Source: Kudoa neothunni (lineage: Eukaryota > Animalia > Cnidaria). Taken from it: 64,000 bases of DNA. The notes under the pieces were generated by a model. The model searched no databases. It saw only the letters and a list, made by a program, of their open reading frames with translations, and was not told where the DNA came from. The translations under genes and the position numbers were made by a program. Shown here piece after piece: positions 1 to 13,238 of this stretch. How positions within the stretch are numbered: position 1 is the stretch's first letter; every line of letters starts with the position of its first letter. The stretch covers positions 3,204,147 through 3,268,146 of the forward strand of contig OZ199838.1 in NCBI GenBank assembly GCA_964304625.1, written 5' to 3'.

Positions 1-3000
1 TGAGGTTATGTAGTTTTGATAATTTAGATGTTATCATACACAAGAAAAAGTAATTAATAATTACATATAAATATCAATTTTAAAATAAATCCCAATTACA
101 CAATATTTAAAAGTGGTAATAAAATTAATAATTACATAGAAATTTTATCGTTGGGTAGAGATATTTTCGTGGTAAATTTTACTTCTAAACAGAATGCGCA
201 CCTGCGTAATGACCATTTTTATTCCTATCAGCCCTCATTCACAAGATGTACACGAATTAAATTTAATAGAAACAGTCGAATTTAATTATTTATGACCGGT
301 TTTTTCGCACTTAATTTCCGATAATCATTCAATACATTTGAAGCTAGTGACACCTGAATATTATTTACCATGCAAACAGCTGCTTTCTTTACATTGTATC
401 AACTATGCGCGTGCGCGACAATTTTTTAACGTAATTAATTTTTCTGCAACATTTATTTGTAGAATATAAAAGATTAAAAATTTTTAAACTGAAATTTTTT
501 TAAATATGATTTTAAAATAAACCATGAATTTATTATTACCTTGTAACTTGAATTAATCCGTTATTAAAAAGATTAATCGGAGAGTTGCAAAGAGATTATC
601 AGTAAATTATATCTTAAACTATGTAGACTGAATCCGATAAATTTTCGTCATAATAAATTAAATATTAGTTATTTTTATTTCCACAAATTATAAAGTGGCA
701 AACTTGTGGTTAAATCGGAGTAGAATAAACCCTCGATACTCTTTGTGATGGTATTTTTTAGATAATTTAATATCGCAAAGATGAGTGAATTTTGTGAATA
801 AAACTATACCTTTTTACTATAAATTTACACTTTAATATAGTTAAAAAATGGAAATATATTTCATTAACGATACGATGAAGTTAACATTATGAGATTCATT
901 CTTCCGACTTTTCTACTTTAATTTTCATTTCACGCATTAGATCAATTAAAATTGATAACGCCCTTAGATGCAACATAATAAAATTTTAATCAATAATTAT
1001 TCATTAATTTTAAAACTTTTCAAAAAAACTACGTCATCGTATTTATTGTATAAAGTTATTATTCCAATAAACAACAATAATGTTTGTTTTCTCGATATAT
1101 ATCTATTTATATAAAATCCTTTGTCTGTTTGTGTGTACCCACAAGTACTCATTTGAACCAGAGATTGTGCAGTCGGTCCCATATATTGATGTTTGTTTAC
1201 TACAGAATGATACTCAATTGGAATAAACTTTTACTCATTGTATACAAAGAGAATCTGCTAATCATGATGTATAATGTTTCAAAAATGTTACATATGTCTA
1301 TTTGGAGTAATTTTAAGACAGATAATGTCGCTAGAGTCATATTTACAAGAGATGTTGCATTTTCCTTAAAATTTGAAGCATAATCAAATTATTTATGATG
1401 CGTTTTCATTTTTCAAGCGTTATGGATATAGTTGAGTGAAAATGATTATGATCATTTTAAATATAACACATAATTTGAGATTATAAGTTGTTGTCATGTT
1501 GGAATAATTTGGGTCTCTATATGCATTCTAAAAACTATGTAGGATGTGTGGAGAGTTTTAAAATAATTAAATTTTTGTGATAACTTAAATGAAAATTATG
1601 CTCCATTGGAATTCCTGAGATGTGAACATTCATTTTTATCAAATATGTCGATTGAGATTGAAATTATATTCGTCTTTTCGATAATTTTTTACTCATTTTT
1701 TGTTTTTCCTAAACTTTCTTGCAAAACAGCGGGCATAAATAATTCGATAAGTTTCTATATTTGATGAGACAATTTTTTAAATAATGTTTAAGTTCTTAAT
1801 AACTTAATTATTCCCTATCCCCAAACCTTAAGATTAATATTCAGATCAATATATTGTTTTCTTTAGGCTCGCATTAATTCACTATGATATAAAAGCTGCA
1901 TAAAATACATGCCTTCTCACTCAATACGTGACATGTAAGTTAATAAGAAATTATTGGGCTATTCGATCTAACAGATATTTTTGCAAAGTTTACGTTAATC
2001 TAAGAAAAATTCAATATGAATAAATTTATTTAGAACAATCAAACAGTACGTTTATTTTTAAAAGTGTGCACTCCTTCGAGAAAACCGGTTGATATTTAAG
2101 CATTACTGTAATTTTTCAAACCAATAACACCTTTACATTTTAGATTTAATCGTATTTTAGATAAAAAGCAAGGTTGGATTTATTTAAAAATAGGGAAATT
2201 ACGTTAAAATAGTGAATACACAAGTTACCACTCACAGCTTATTAAAACCTCATTAACATCCTTTAAAAAATTGCAAAAAAGGAGTAACAATTAATATTTT
2301 TATTTTTTTTCCTTATCTTTTGTAGAATAATAATAAATTTTATAATTAGAAGGATTAATTTTCATCGTATGATTTTCAAAAGAACTGAAAGTCCTATTTA
2401 AGTTACGTCATGAATTTATTTGTTAAATAAATAAACTTTAATCGTTAATTAAATTTCTCATAAAATTAAGGTCGTTATATTTTTGGTCAATCCTTTATAT
2501 ATATAAAAGAGGACTGTCGGTATGTTTGTTTGTGTGTGTATGCCCCTAAGTACGCATGTGCGGATAATTTTTTCCTTATAGAGAGCCATATAGAAAATTT
2601 TTATAAATTTGTGATATTTAAAAAAATCGTTTAATTGTTGTCGGACTACGAAAGTTTCCAAAAAGTATTTATGAAATAGTGATTTTGTCGATTTAAAGTT
2701 TGTTTTTCGGATTAAATGAGTTCAACGATAGGATTAGCACTTGCTTATTTCATGGTTATGGTCGGTTGAAGTTAACTATCTTCTTTATATGCACCATCAT
2801 ATGTTCATTAACTGCTTCTATCTATCTTTATATATAAGGTTGGCGTTTCTATTTGGGTGTCTGTTTAAACACACTCCTTATTTGCGGAGTTTTAACGTAT
2901 ATGACTTGATAAGTATATTTTATAAGTTCTATTAATGGTTTTAAATGTGGTAAAAAATCTATATATGTTTCATAAATAACGAATTCGTGGAGAACGTTAA

Positions 3001-3422
3001 AGTTATGTTGATTGAAGCGTTATAATGGAAATACTGCGTTCATAGGTTTCATTAAATTGTCCGCTAAGTTTTACTTTATGTGATTAAATTCAATGCGGAT
3101 GGTTGTACTTTTATTTCACCAAATTATTTAAATTGTTTATGATAAAAGCGCATGTATGTTTATGCCGAGTTAAACAATGCTAATTTTAACAATATCGATT
3201 AATTTTCATAAGTTTTCTTCTATCTCTTTTATTTTTTCTATTTTTAAATGGACGCCGGGATTGATACTTTCCTTCACAGAAATTATAATAATTTAAACTA
3301 CATAATCCAAATCGTTATAGTAAGTTGATTAAAAATTTTTAGTTATTTTGTTTTTATGGGTTAATTCGAGATTTCAATACATTTTTTGAATGCTATTAAA
3401 AAATGCCTCTAGGTGAAATCTT

Positions 3423-3452
3423 CCCCAAGCAACGCTGGGCAGTTCCAGCTAG
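3423..3452 (+). mobile_element. Probable Helitron 3' terminus
   Basis: GC-rich hairpin CCCA(A)GC-AAC-GCTGGG followed ~10 nt later by CTAG and then T, the canonical Helitron 3' end. No Rep/Hel ORF or 5' end identified. Confidence 0.5.
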
Positions 3453-3725
3453 TAATTTATAAAATAAACTTAAAAATACTCATTAATTTCCCCCAATACG
3501 TCTATTTATATTTGAATAGAGAATGCTTGCGTAATTTTGTTTATCTAAATTATCACATTGCAAAAGTAATGACAAGTTTTAAAATGTAACAATTATAATA
3601 AAAAAATAAAATTTACAAGGTTTAACGTGTTATTTAGGTTAAATCTTATGTAGAATTTCTCCATTCAAAAATTGAACTAAAAGTTAAAATTCTCCATCAC
3701 ACAGTACCATCAAAGCTGGGCAAGG

Positions 3726-3756
3726 AAGCCTTCGCGAAGCAAGGCTTTTGCGCTAG
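3726..3756 (+). mobile_element. Second probable Helitron 3' terminus
   Basis: Hairpin AAGCCTT-CGCGAAGC-AAGGCTT followed by TTGCG-CTAG and then T. Confidence 0.45.
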
Positions 3757-3758
3757 TT

Positions 3759-3783
<25 letters not shown>
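3759..3783. repeat. (TA)n microsatellite
   Basis: About 12 TA units, read directly. Confidence 0.9.
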
Positions 3784-3789
<6 letters not shown>

Positions 3790-5439
3790 ATAAGATTTCA
3801 AATTAAAAAACTTTGATAATTTAATCGAAATTTACGGGAAGAAATTTGTTGTTAACACGAAATAACGAGTTGAATGTCTTATTACTCATTCCAAGAAAAA
3901 GATTATTTTTAAAAAAATTAGAACTATTCAATAAAATAATTTGGTTAATTTGCAGAAAATTGGAGGTAATCCAAATCAGCGACAACGGATAAAAACGAAC
4001 CTGTTCATTATTTTAATTTTTGTCTTTATCAGTGTTGCATCATCTTTAGGTTTATCTTGGCATTTTTTTGTTATCGATAATAGTTATTTCAACAGGATAT
4101 ATCATTTAATCGATCTAGTAAATCATACTTTATGTAGGGTAAAATTTGAAAGTGACAACTGTGATTTTTTATCGATTGTCCAAATTTCCCCTTGACAATT
4201 ATCTGCCATTAATTCTTTGTCTATAAGAAATAGAATATCGCATTTTCTGAAAGCATTGGATGTTAAATTGTATCAAAAATAATTTTATTGGATGAAATGC
4301 AGAGAATCCTAATGCAAATTGATCAACAAATTTCAAACTAATTATAATCTTTAATCGTAAAATGAGACTATTATTATTCAGCAATTTAACCCTTATTTAT
4401 TTTGAAACAGAATTTGTATATCCTTCTTTTGATCGTTTAATGAATTAATAATTCAAATTCTTCAGTATACATTAAAATAAATTAAATTTCTTTCTAGAGC
4501 AAAATAAACTTTAACCCAATTATTTGATTGTTATCAATACGTATTTGAGTTATTATTGCTGTTTGTAATACAGCTTATACTTTCAGAATGGACAGCGTCA
4601 ATCGAATTATTTTTCTCAGATCATCTATGTTTACTTTAAAGTTATAAAAATTGGAATATAAATTTATCTTTTCTATTTATTTTTATAAGTCACATAATTG
4701 AGTCATATCTAGTTTATAGAATGATATTTTTAAAGATATGTGTAACATGTGGATTATAAATGTGGTAATCCATCAATCACAGATGCACAATCGAGAGAAG
4801 AGTAGTCCGACACCACCGCCTTTTAATGCAAATAACGCATATTTGAATCCCAATTTGGACCTTTTTTTACAATACAAAACAATACCAAGTTGAAATATAT
4901 CTAAAAATAATAATAAAAATAACGAATTTACTAACATCACAATCCTTTAGAATGACGCATGCGTACTCGCCGTATTTAGAATGTCTGATAGTGAATCTGC
5001 CAGTGGCGTAGATAGTGATACAATGGTATTTTAGTGGAGTCGAGTGTATTTTTGAATGTTTCTATAGCGCCTGATTAAACAGTTACCAGATACTGCTATT
5101 CATCAGTACAAAAAAAGGTTCAAACTTCAAATTGATGGTCCATCTAATATGACCACATTAAGAAACGTAGCATTTAGAATCACACATTACGTTGTGCATA
5201 TCATTTTTATTATGTAGGCAGTGTATAATCATTTCGTGGATTGTGAAGTTGATGAGAAAACTGTGTTGAATGATTTTGTTAATAAATTCTCATAGATTTT
5301 GTTTTTGTAAATAATGTTGGTTTATTTGTTTTTTAAGTTTTATAGTATTATTGCATAATGTAAAAGTATTTTTTCTCAAAGCTGTTTACGTAAAATTGAC
5401 ATGCGCTCCTTTTTATAAAATAAAAAATAATTATTTTAA

Positions 5440-6460
5440 CCCTTTAACGATCTCCAAAACAGCATCCTTGCGTCGGTACAAAATTTCGTATTTCGTCTTG
5501 TTTTTTTTGCGCGAAAGAAACACGGTTCGGCGGTTTTTTAAAACCTCTTTCCGCTCGCGCGGATTAATAATGATTAATTGGGGAATACACAGTATCGCTA
5601 TATTTAAACCAATAGAATCATTGGGATATAATGACGTTCACCGTAAATGTATATAAAATAAAAGTAATGTTATCAGGTAGTAAAAAACTCCAAAAATAAA
5701 CAATAACAAAAAAACCTAAGTATAAGCAAAAATTAGTTTGGGCAATTGAAACAAAATTTCAAGGCATGAATTGGGAAATAAAACTTATAGCAGTTTAAGC
5801 ACCATTTAGAGGTTTTCTTATCTTGATTTCTTTCACAATAACTGCAGCTAGATGATTTCCAATTGAAATTTGGTTCTTTTTTGGATCACTAGATATGCAT
5901 GATTTTCTCTGATTTAAATATGTCACTGAATAATGAAAACGCATTAATCAACGAGATATCAATTATATTGTAAAAGAAGATAAATGGCCATCTTCTTGTA
6001 AATCTCCTCGTAGAAATTGATACCAACATTCTGTTCGCATTATCAACCCACCTTTGGTTGCATTGTAATGAATTATAGTATGAGGTTTAAAATTTGTAGA
6101 CGCATCGGTGACAATATGACATCATCATACATTCCCCATAAAAAGCAAATATATTGGTGTAATAATGTAGAGTGATCTTTTTTTCCAATAATTTTTGAGC
6201 CAGTGAAAAGGACGAATAAAGTTATCGGCCACAACATCTCTACCAGAATGAAATAGGTTTTGATAAGGAGAGAACAACGCTTTCCCAACGTTATATTTGC
6301 TCGGTCCCTCAAAATTATTTTTGCCCAGATACACGCTGATATTTGAAATGTAATTGGAAGTAGGATCCACCAATAAAAAAAACTCAATTCCATACTTCGT
6401 CGGTTTCAGGGGTTTATACTAACGGAGGGGACATCATAGAAGCTTAGAGGACGGCATTGT
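5440..6460 (-). mobile_element. Degenerate piggyBac (PGBD-like) element
   Basis: Minus ORF 6125-6373 (VDPTSNYISNISVYLGK...SGRDVVADNF) resembles the piggyBac transposase core and the copy at 8136. A TTAA|CCC terminus lies at ~5436-5442. The coding region has frameshifts and deletions. Confidence 0.7.
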
Positions 6461-7759
6461 TGACTACGTGTTTTTTTGATAATTTAAATACCTGTTGGTA
6501 CAATAAAAAAAGTAATTATATAAATTAATTTAAAAATGCTTCCAATTAGTAAAACTTAATAAGGAATTAAATAGATTTTTAAAATACAGAAATTTTGTGG
6601 TTGGCATACTTTTGTAAGTTACGATTGAAATAATAGGCTTTATACTTAATAAACTTTAATTTTAACTGAAGTTATGAAAATGTAATAATACTCATTAAGT
6701 AAACATGGAATATATAAACAATAACTCTGATAAAATTATTTCATATTTATTTTAAACATAGCATTCAATTTAACATTTTACAACCTAAAAGAAGCCTAAG
6801 TTATAAATATGAGTACAATAAAGTTAGCCAAAAAATTACATTTATGACCTAAATATCACCAACGCATACAAGTAATTTCCTTAAAATTTACTACGAAATA
6901 TTTCAATTCCAAATTATAATATAAACAACTTGAAATTATAAAAATCGTAATTTTTGGTAATTATCTATTTAATATTCATATCTTTTAAGGTTTTGTAAAA
7001 TGATTTTTCAGAATGAAAATTCCACCCGACAAAGTCGTCATAAATTATTTCTTTATATTTCACCTATTTATATAAATAAAATAAATATTTATCATTAATT
7101 GTACAAATACGCGATGTCAACAAACGATAATTAATAGGGGAAGTTTGAGCACATTATCACTTGAAAAAATTAAGAAGATAAATATTGATATACCTCTATC
7201 ACAAACATTTATATTTAAAAATCTAAGGATATCTAAAAAATGATACAGTTTACATCGACGTTATGCCTTATAAAATATAATAATAAATAATTTGTTTGTT
7301 AATGCATCTTTTGTAATGAAAGATATGATAATGGTTTCTATTTCGTTAAACTTATAATTTAGATATGGATATCACATGTTCATGGTTTTAAACATTTAGT
7401 TAATTTTAGATTCCTTTGTCGTAAATTGAACTTCACGTATCCATTTTGGATCACATTTAGTATAGGCCCTCCTAATCCGCCAATGCACAATGATGATAAT
7501 TGTGTTTACTATTCCGTCATGTATGAGTATGAGATTAGGTGAAAAATGTGTTTTTACATTTTTAGAATAATTTTGATTCACCACAAAGGAGAAGAGCAAA
7601 AAAGATTTTCGTCTCAATTCACCGCTTACTGAAAACATTAAATCGGCTAGATCCAATCATTATTCTTTTTAAAGTCTATATATATATATATTTATAGAAA
7701 CATTTATAAAATTATAAAAAATAAAATATTTTAATCTTGAAAGATTACATTAACTAAAT

Positions 7760-8600
7760 AATGAGAAAAATCAAGGTTTGACGGCATTTGCAACATCCCG
7801 AATTTGAAATATACAGGACTGTTTTACTATTCTTTGATGATGAGTTTTTCAATTCAGTCATTATTCACGCTAACAAAATTTGGTGCATTTCATTACGGGA
7901 AAAAATGGAATCTCTTAAGCAGCTATGGAGTTTGAATAAAGGGCGTGGTGACATATTTCGTAGAATTAATGTCATTATATAGATTCACCCAAATAAATTG
8001 AAGGCGCCATTTTGATGATTATGAGGCAAGAAAATGATAAGTTTTCCCCTGTGACCGATGTTTTCAGTAGATGGAAAAATATTTGGCTGATGTGTGTAAT
8101 TCCTTCTGCTGATCTTACTGTCGATGAACAGTTAGTTGCATTTAGGGGCAGGTGTCCCTTTAGGTAAGTACATGCCCTCTAAACCTGCAGTTTATGGCAT
8201 TAAGTTCTTTCTTTTAACTGACCCTCGTACAAACTATACACACAATATTTCCGTTTATCCTGGAAGAACCAATATCGAAATTAACAAATGTGTCGATGAA
8301 AAGGCCGTCCTAGAGCTCTCGTCGCATTTAAAAAGATCTGGACGAAACGTTGTTTGTGACAATTTTTTTACCTCCGTTCTGTTGGCAAACAAACTTCATA
8401 ACCTTGGCTTCACCCTTTTGGGGACTATCCGCCATAATAAACGAGATATTCCATTAATTCTTAAAGCTAGGAAATCGAGAGAGGTTCTTAGTTATATATT
8501 CATTTTATTGACTACATCTTCAAATAATGTCAATTTATGCCAAGGCAATACAAAAACAATGAATCAATGTTACAGCTGCTCCCAATTCTGTTGCAACAAA
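7760..8600 (+). pseudogene. piggyBac transposase fragment
   Basis: LTVDEQLV is followed, after a frameshift, by YMPSKPAVYGIKF...RNVVCDNFFTS...LLGTIRHNK. These are typical DDE_Tnp_1_7 motifs. The 3' end is truncated. Confidence 0.85.
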
Positions 8601-10529
8601 CATTCGAGAATTATATTTAGTTCTTTATTATATACTTCATCATTAATTTTGATTCGTTTTTTCGCTTAGTTAAGGATCATATTAATTATATGATAAATAA
8701 TTACTAATCCGTATTTTATCATAAATGATTTGCCTAATTCATTCATATTTTAAAAAATACTAGTTAAACAATATTTTACAATTATTCGAAAAATTTCATT
8801 GAATAACTTTTAGAATCGGTAAAATCGCAATCATGTTGCCAAAAGAGAATATATGTGTTGTTAAGATATTAGTGCAATTTAATAAGTTCTATTATTTTTT
8901 TAATTATATAGATAACATTGTAAAAAAAAACACAAGGTATACTTTAAAAAGACTTATATTAATATTTAAATATTTAAAAAATAATAAATAAATGTTCGGC
9001 TGTCCTCGGTCCACACATTAATTATGATTATTTCGTTATCGTGCCAATAAAAAATTTTTTAGAGTGAAATTGTATAGTCCATATATGGCACTTTGAATAA
9101 TTTTATTTTCATATTTCCCGCAAAATATTACATTTACTCAAATAGATTAATCTGGAATTGTGTACGATACTTTTACATCTTTACTAGAACTATCTACATA
9201 ACCTTAAAAATCGTCTATTTCATATTTTAATAACTGCTATATTATAGGAATAGTTTTATGACAAACATAACAGTTTATAATTTTTTTACAGCATAATGGA
9301 CATATTAAAAGACCAACTTTTAAAATCAAATAATATTAAAAATTTTTCACGATCGCATTTTCCATCAAATTCAGTCATATAACTTTATCCAGTAAAGATA
9401 AAGATACGAAAAAAAAATTAAAAACTAAAAATCATATTTTAGCATAATAAATCGCAAAGAGGTTTATATTTCACCGATTGGGGTATGAAAAAATTGATTT
9501 GTTCAGTTTGTAAAATGTAACACCATTATAATGAGCATTTAAACTATCTCTTTGGTCAAATAATTATCTCACAAAATGATTTAAGTGATTTAATATAACG
9601 AATATGTTAAAATGTGTGACAAAAAATGGAATTGGCAATTTTTTGTAAACAAAAAAGGGAGATTACATGTGGGAGCGATTTTGCTCGAAGTGGGATTTGG
9701 TTTAAAATTTAGAAGTTATTTCTTAGGGCTGAATTTTTACTCTCCATCTTTATTAATTTTATTAATAAAAAATAGTAGAAAAATACGTCACAAAAAATGT
9801 GCGAAAAGTGGTGTTATTCAAGTGTCACGGGATTTATGATTACCATCGTATTTTACAGTTGAACTCTGACTTATGCTAATATTTAAGGTTAATATCCAAC
9901 TAGATTAGATTTTCATTAGAAACAATATTATGCTTGGTTTGTTTTTTTAAGCTACAGAGTAGACTACTTTCTTTCTGTTATCCTATGGAAATATTTATCA
10001 TCGGCAAAAAAGACCGATTAAACCATGAAACTATGCATTAATCGTATGTATAGGAAAAAATTCGGTTCAACTGACTATTTAAAAAGCCACCCAGAATAAT
10101 GACACACCTATTAAGTCATATTTGCTCTCAGATAGTTCGGAATGAATGAAACAGAGTTTTTGAGATTAGTTGACACTAATCGCGTTACATTATCTTAGTT
10201 TTGTTACAAGGCCGTTTAAAAATTCATCAATTTAAGTACATAAGTGATTATGGTCAATCAATTTGAATATCAAATATATGCGGGGCGTCAATCTCAAGTA
10301 GTTTTGCAGATTTTTTTGATATGAGTTTTGTCTTGTTGGCTATATTTTTGCCGACACGAGGCAAAAATGTCTCGCCGTTGACTAATTCAAAGATCAAAGC
10401 ATGCGCCCCGCAGCCGAAGCATAACAGCGGTGTTTTTGACTCGTTGGTTGTTCGGAAAATTTCCCAGTCCTATAAAATTTAAGTTTGAACTATCCCCTTT
10501 TTTAAATATTACTATATTCTTCCTTCATA

Positions 10530-11656
10530 ATGGGTCAAATATTATGTGGATTTAAAAAGCCAAAAACCTACACTATCAACAATATAATTTACAAAAAGGA
10601 GAAATACATTGGAGAAGGAGGTGCAATAAATATATTGGTTGTTATGGTTTATTGTAATATCTATCTCTATAGCATATTCTTATGTGTATTTGGTCAAAAG
10701 AAACGGTCAGAACTATGCATTGGTAAGATTTCCCAATTTTTCATTTGTTTAACAATTTAATTTTTTCGTTCACATAGAAACTTATTCCATTATTAAATTC
10801 AGAAATTGAAAAAAGTAACTGTCCATGATTAGATAATTATGGGATTGTTATTTTAAATAATAGATGGCAAAAAACTGAAGTTTATATCTCCAAAACCATC
10901 CAGCATGATTCTATCTGTTACTTGATTGATCATGAGATGATCACTCAAAATAATGGTTTGAGTACTGCACTATTATTGTTGGTTATTGTAATGTGAGTTG
11001 AATATCATAACGTTAATACGAATAACTGAAAATTTCTGTTGGTCTAGGGACCTAATTTGGAGAATTTCTGCGGGAAACTAGATAGAGAACTTCTCTCGGA
11101 TTATTTTTATCAGATGCTGCAAGCTATTCAGGTGCTACATTGTAAGTATGAAGTGGCCTTTCTCCACAACGATATCAAGTAGTTTCAGTTGATTCAGTTA
11201 GTATTTATCACACATTCAAAGGAATCCAATTTTATGCTGACTAGTGATGATGGTGGTCGAACCTACCGTGTGGTTTTGATTGATCTTGGCAGTTGTAAAG
11301 CTACCCCAATACACATCACCTCGAGATTGGACGCTATGCGATATGAAGAATTATTCCAAATGGAATGCACATCATTTTATCGTGCGCCAGAACTATTTCA
11401 AGTGCCCAATCCTTGCATATTGGGATTGGAGAGTGATATTTGGTCATTAGGCTGCACATTATTTTCGTTAGCATACGGAATTCTACCATTCAATGGAACT
11501 GCTCTTTCGGCAGTTACTGCTGACATCAAGTTTCCAACCAACCATCCGTATCAATATTATCCCCTCATTCAAGAATTAATTTTGGCAATGTGCACTCCTG
11601 AGCCCTCAAAACGACCTACAATAAAATCTCTCATCGCACAATGCTCATCATTCTAG
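10530..11656 (+). CDS. STK16: STK16/MPSK1-like (NAK family) Ser/Thr kinase, 6 exons
   Basis: Motifs: MGQILC N-terminus (Gly2 myristoylation plus Cys), IGEGAYSYV, YALK, HNDIKESN, DLGS, CTSFYRAPELF, DIWSLGCTLF, KRP. Introns: 10621-10672, 10723-10777, 10815-10863, 10993-11047, 11179-11221. Three 1-nt frame corrections are needed (~10814, ~10981, ~11179/11221), all at homopolymers. Confidence 0.85.
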
Positions 11657-12045
11657 TAGATTATGGTGAGTTCCTAGTGTTTAGGACCACCTAATTTTGT
11701 TTATACGATGTATGTACTTTTGCCTGTGATTTTGGATAATTATTCTTGTTGTGCATATCTCCGCGTCCTTTTATTTTCTTAGCATAAGTGCTTGTATTTA
11801 TAAATTTTTTTATTGATTTAAATATATAATTCTTATAAAAATCTTTCATGCAAGTGATATCGCTTTAATCCCACCGTTTGGTTACTTTATATTATCCAAT
11901 AATGATATACTGTTACTGTATAGAGGCTATTCCAATTTTACACTAACAACTAAGTGGTTTAAGCATTTCTTTGGAATATTTCCGTTTTTCGATGGAATAG
12001 CTGATATTATGCTTTAGATTCTTTTTTTAATTTGCTGCCCTATTC

Positions 12046-12567
12046 CAGTGGTTCTCAAAGTGGGTTCCACACGGCTACAATGACAAACAAAATTTAATCG
12101 TAACATAAGGAATTGATACATATCGTATCTTATGTGGTCAGTGAATTTTCGCTAATAGCAGGCTTTTGTCATTAAGCTACGTACCAACGTACGTGCGGGG
12201 AAATGCACTGCTTTTCTGTTAATACGAGTATTACTTTTATGTGACAAATTATTTTAACTATTTTTTAAACTTTGCAATGGATCGATGGTTAGAAAAGATA
12301 AGTACAACGTCATCTAAAGAAGACGCAAAAATAGGTCAACTCGCAAATGAACGATCTGCAAGCTCTAATTAAAAAAACACGGAATATGTTCCAATTTATT
12401 ATGTATTTTAAATAATTTTCTTTATTAAAATATTTATTTGCTATTACAATTTGGTTAAATGTGTAACAAATAAAGTATTTTTTTTATTAAAACAAGTACT
12501 AATCCATTATATATATTACAGGGAATGTAAAAAGGCTCCCGTTGCAAAATAAGCTTGGGAACCACTT
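12046..12567 (+). mobile_element. Non-autonomous hAT (Buster/Charlie-type) element
   Basis: TIRs CAGTGGTTCTCAA ... TTGGGAACCACTT. 8-bp TSD CCCTATTC/CCTTATTC (7/8). Internal ATGGATCGATGGTTA (MDRWL) is a remnant of a transposase N-terminus. Confidence 0.8.
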
Positions 12568-13238
12568 CCTTATTCTAACGATCTCAGTAGTCGGAATAGT
12601 TATTTCAATGTTTCCATACATATTTCACCTCCCTTCTTAATGTGAAAATCAAGGCTCAACTTTACTTTTTATATAAATGCAAAAATAATAATCCCAATGA
12701 AAAACGAATCCAAATTATACCTTTTATTATTTTAGTCGATATTTTAACTTATGGATTTTCTTAATTATGTCTTAAATGGATACATTAAAAATTCTTTTGG
12801 TTAACTTAAATTACGGGTAGTAAATTGAGAAGAACGAAGATTATTTTTTCCATCATGACTTCAACACTCAACGATTATAGCAATTATTTGTCTCGGTTTA
12901 AATATGCCATTTTTAAGTAAAGTAATAAATAATTCAAATCAAAAAATTTAAATATAAAATTTGGCGCGTATAGAAACTCCTCGTTCAAATTACACCAAAC
13001 ATTCCACTTATTAACTGACTGCTGTCATTTAAGTTAGTACTCTACAAAAATGCTATTATAATTACTGTAAAATATTTATATACCGGTTTTTCACATCCAA
13101 ACTCGGAATACCATAGATTGTGGTTAATGGAATTTTTTATTTATTTAATAGCGCTAGACTAAACAACAGAAATGAGTTATAAATAAAAATAAATTCAAAA
13201 TATATCATGTTCGACCCTTTTCGGATATCATCGTCATC

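Noticed and set aside
1-5400. Short ORFs (997-1383, 2458-2935, 3941-4384) as genes or Helitron Rep/Hel remnants
   Set aside because: No recognisable motifs or consistent exon chain. They may be decayed TE sequence, but I cannot support a call.
10080-10340. Possible PIF/Harbinger transposase remnant (FRM-like motif)
   Set aside because: Too short and degenerate, and no TIR or TSD found.
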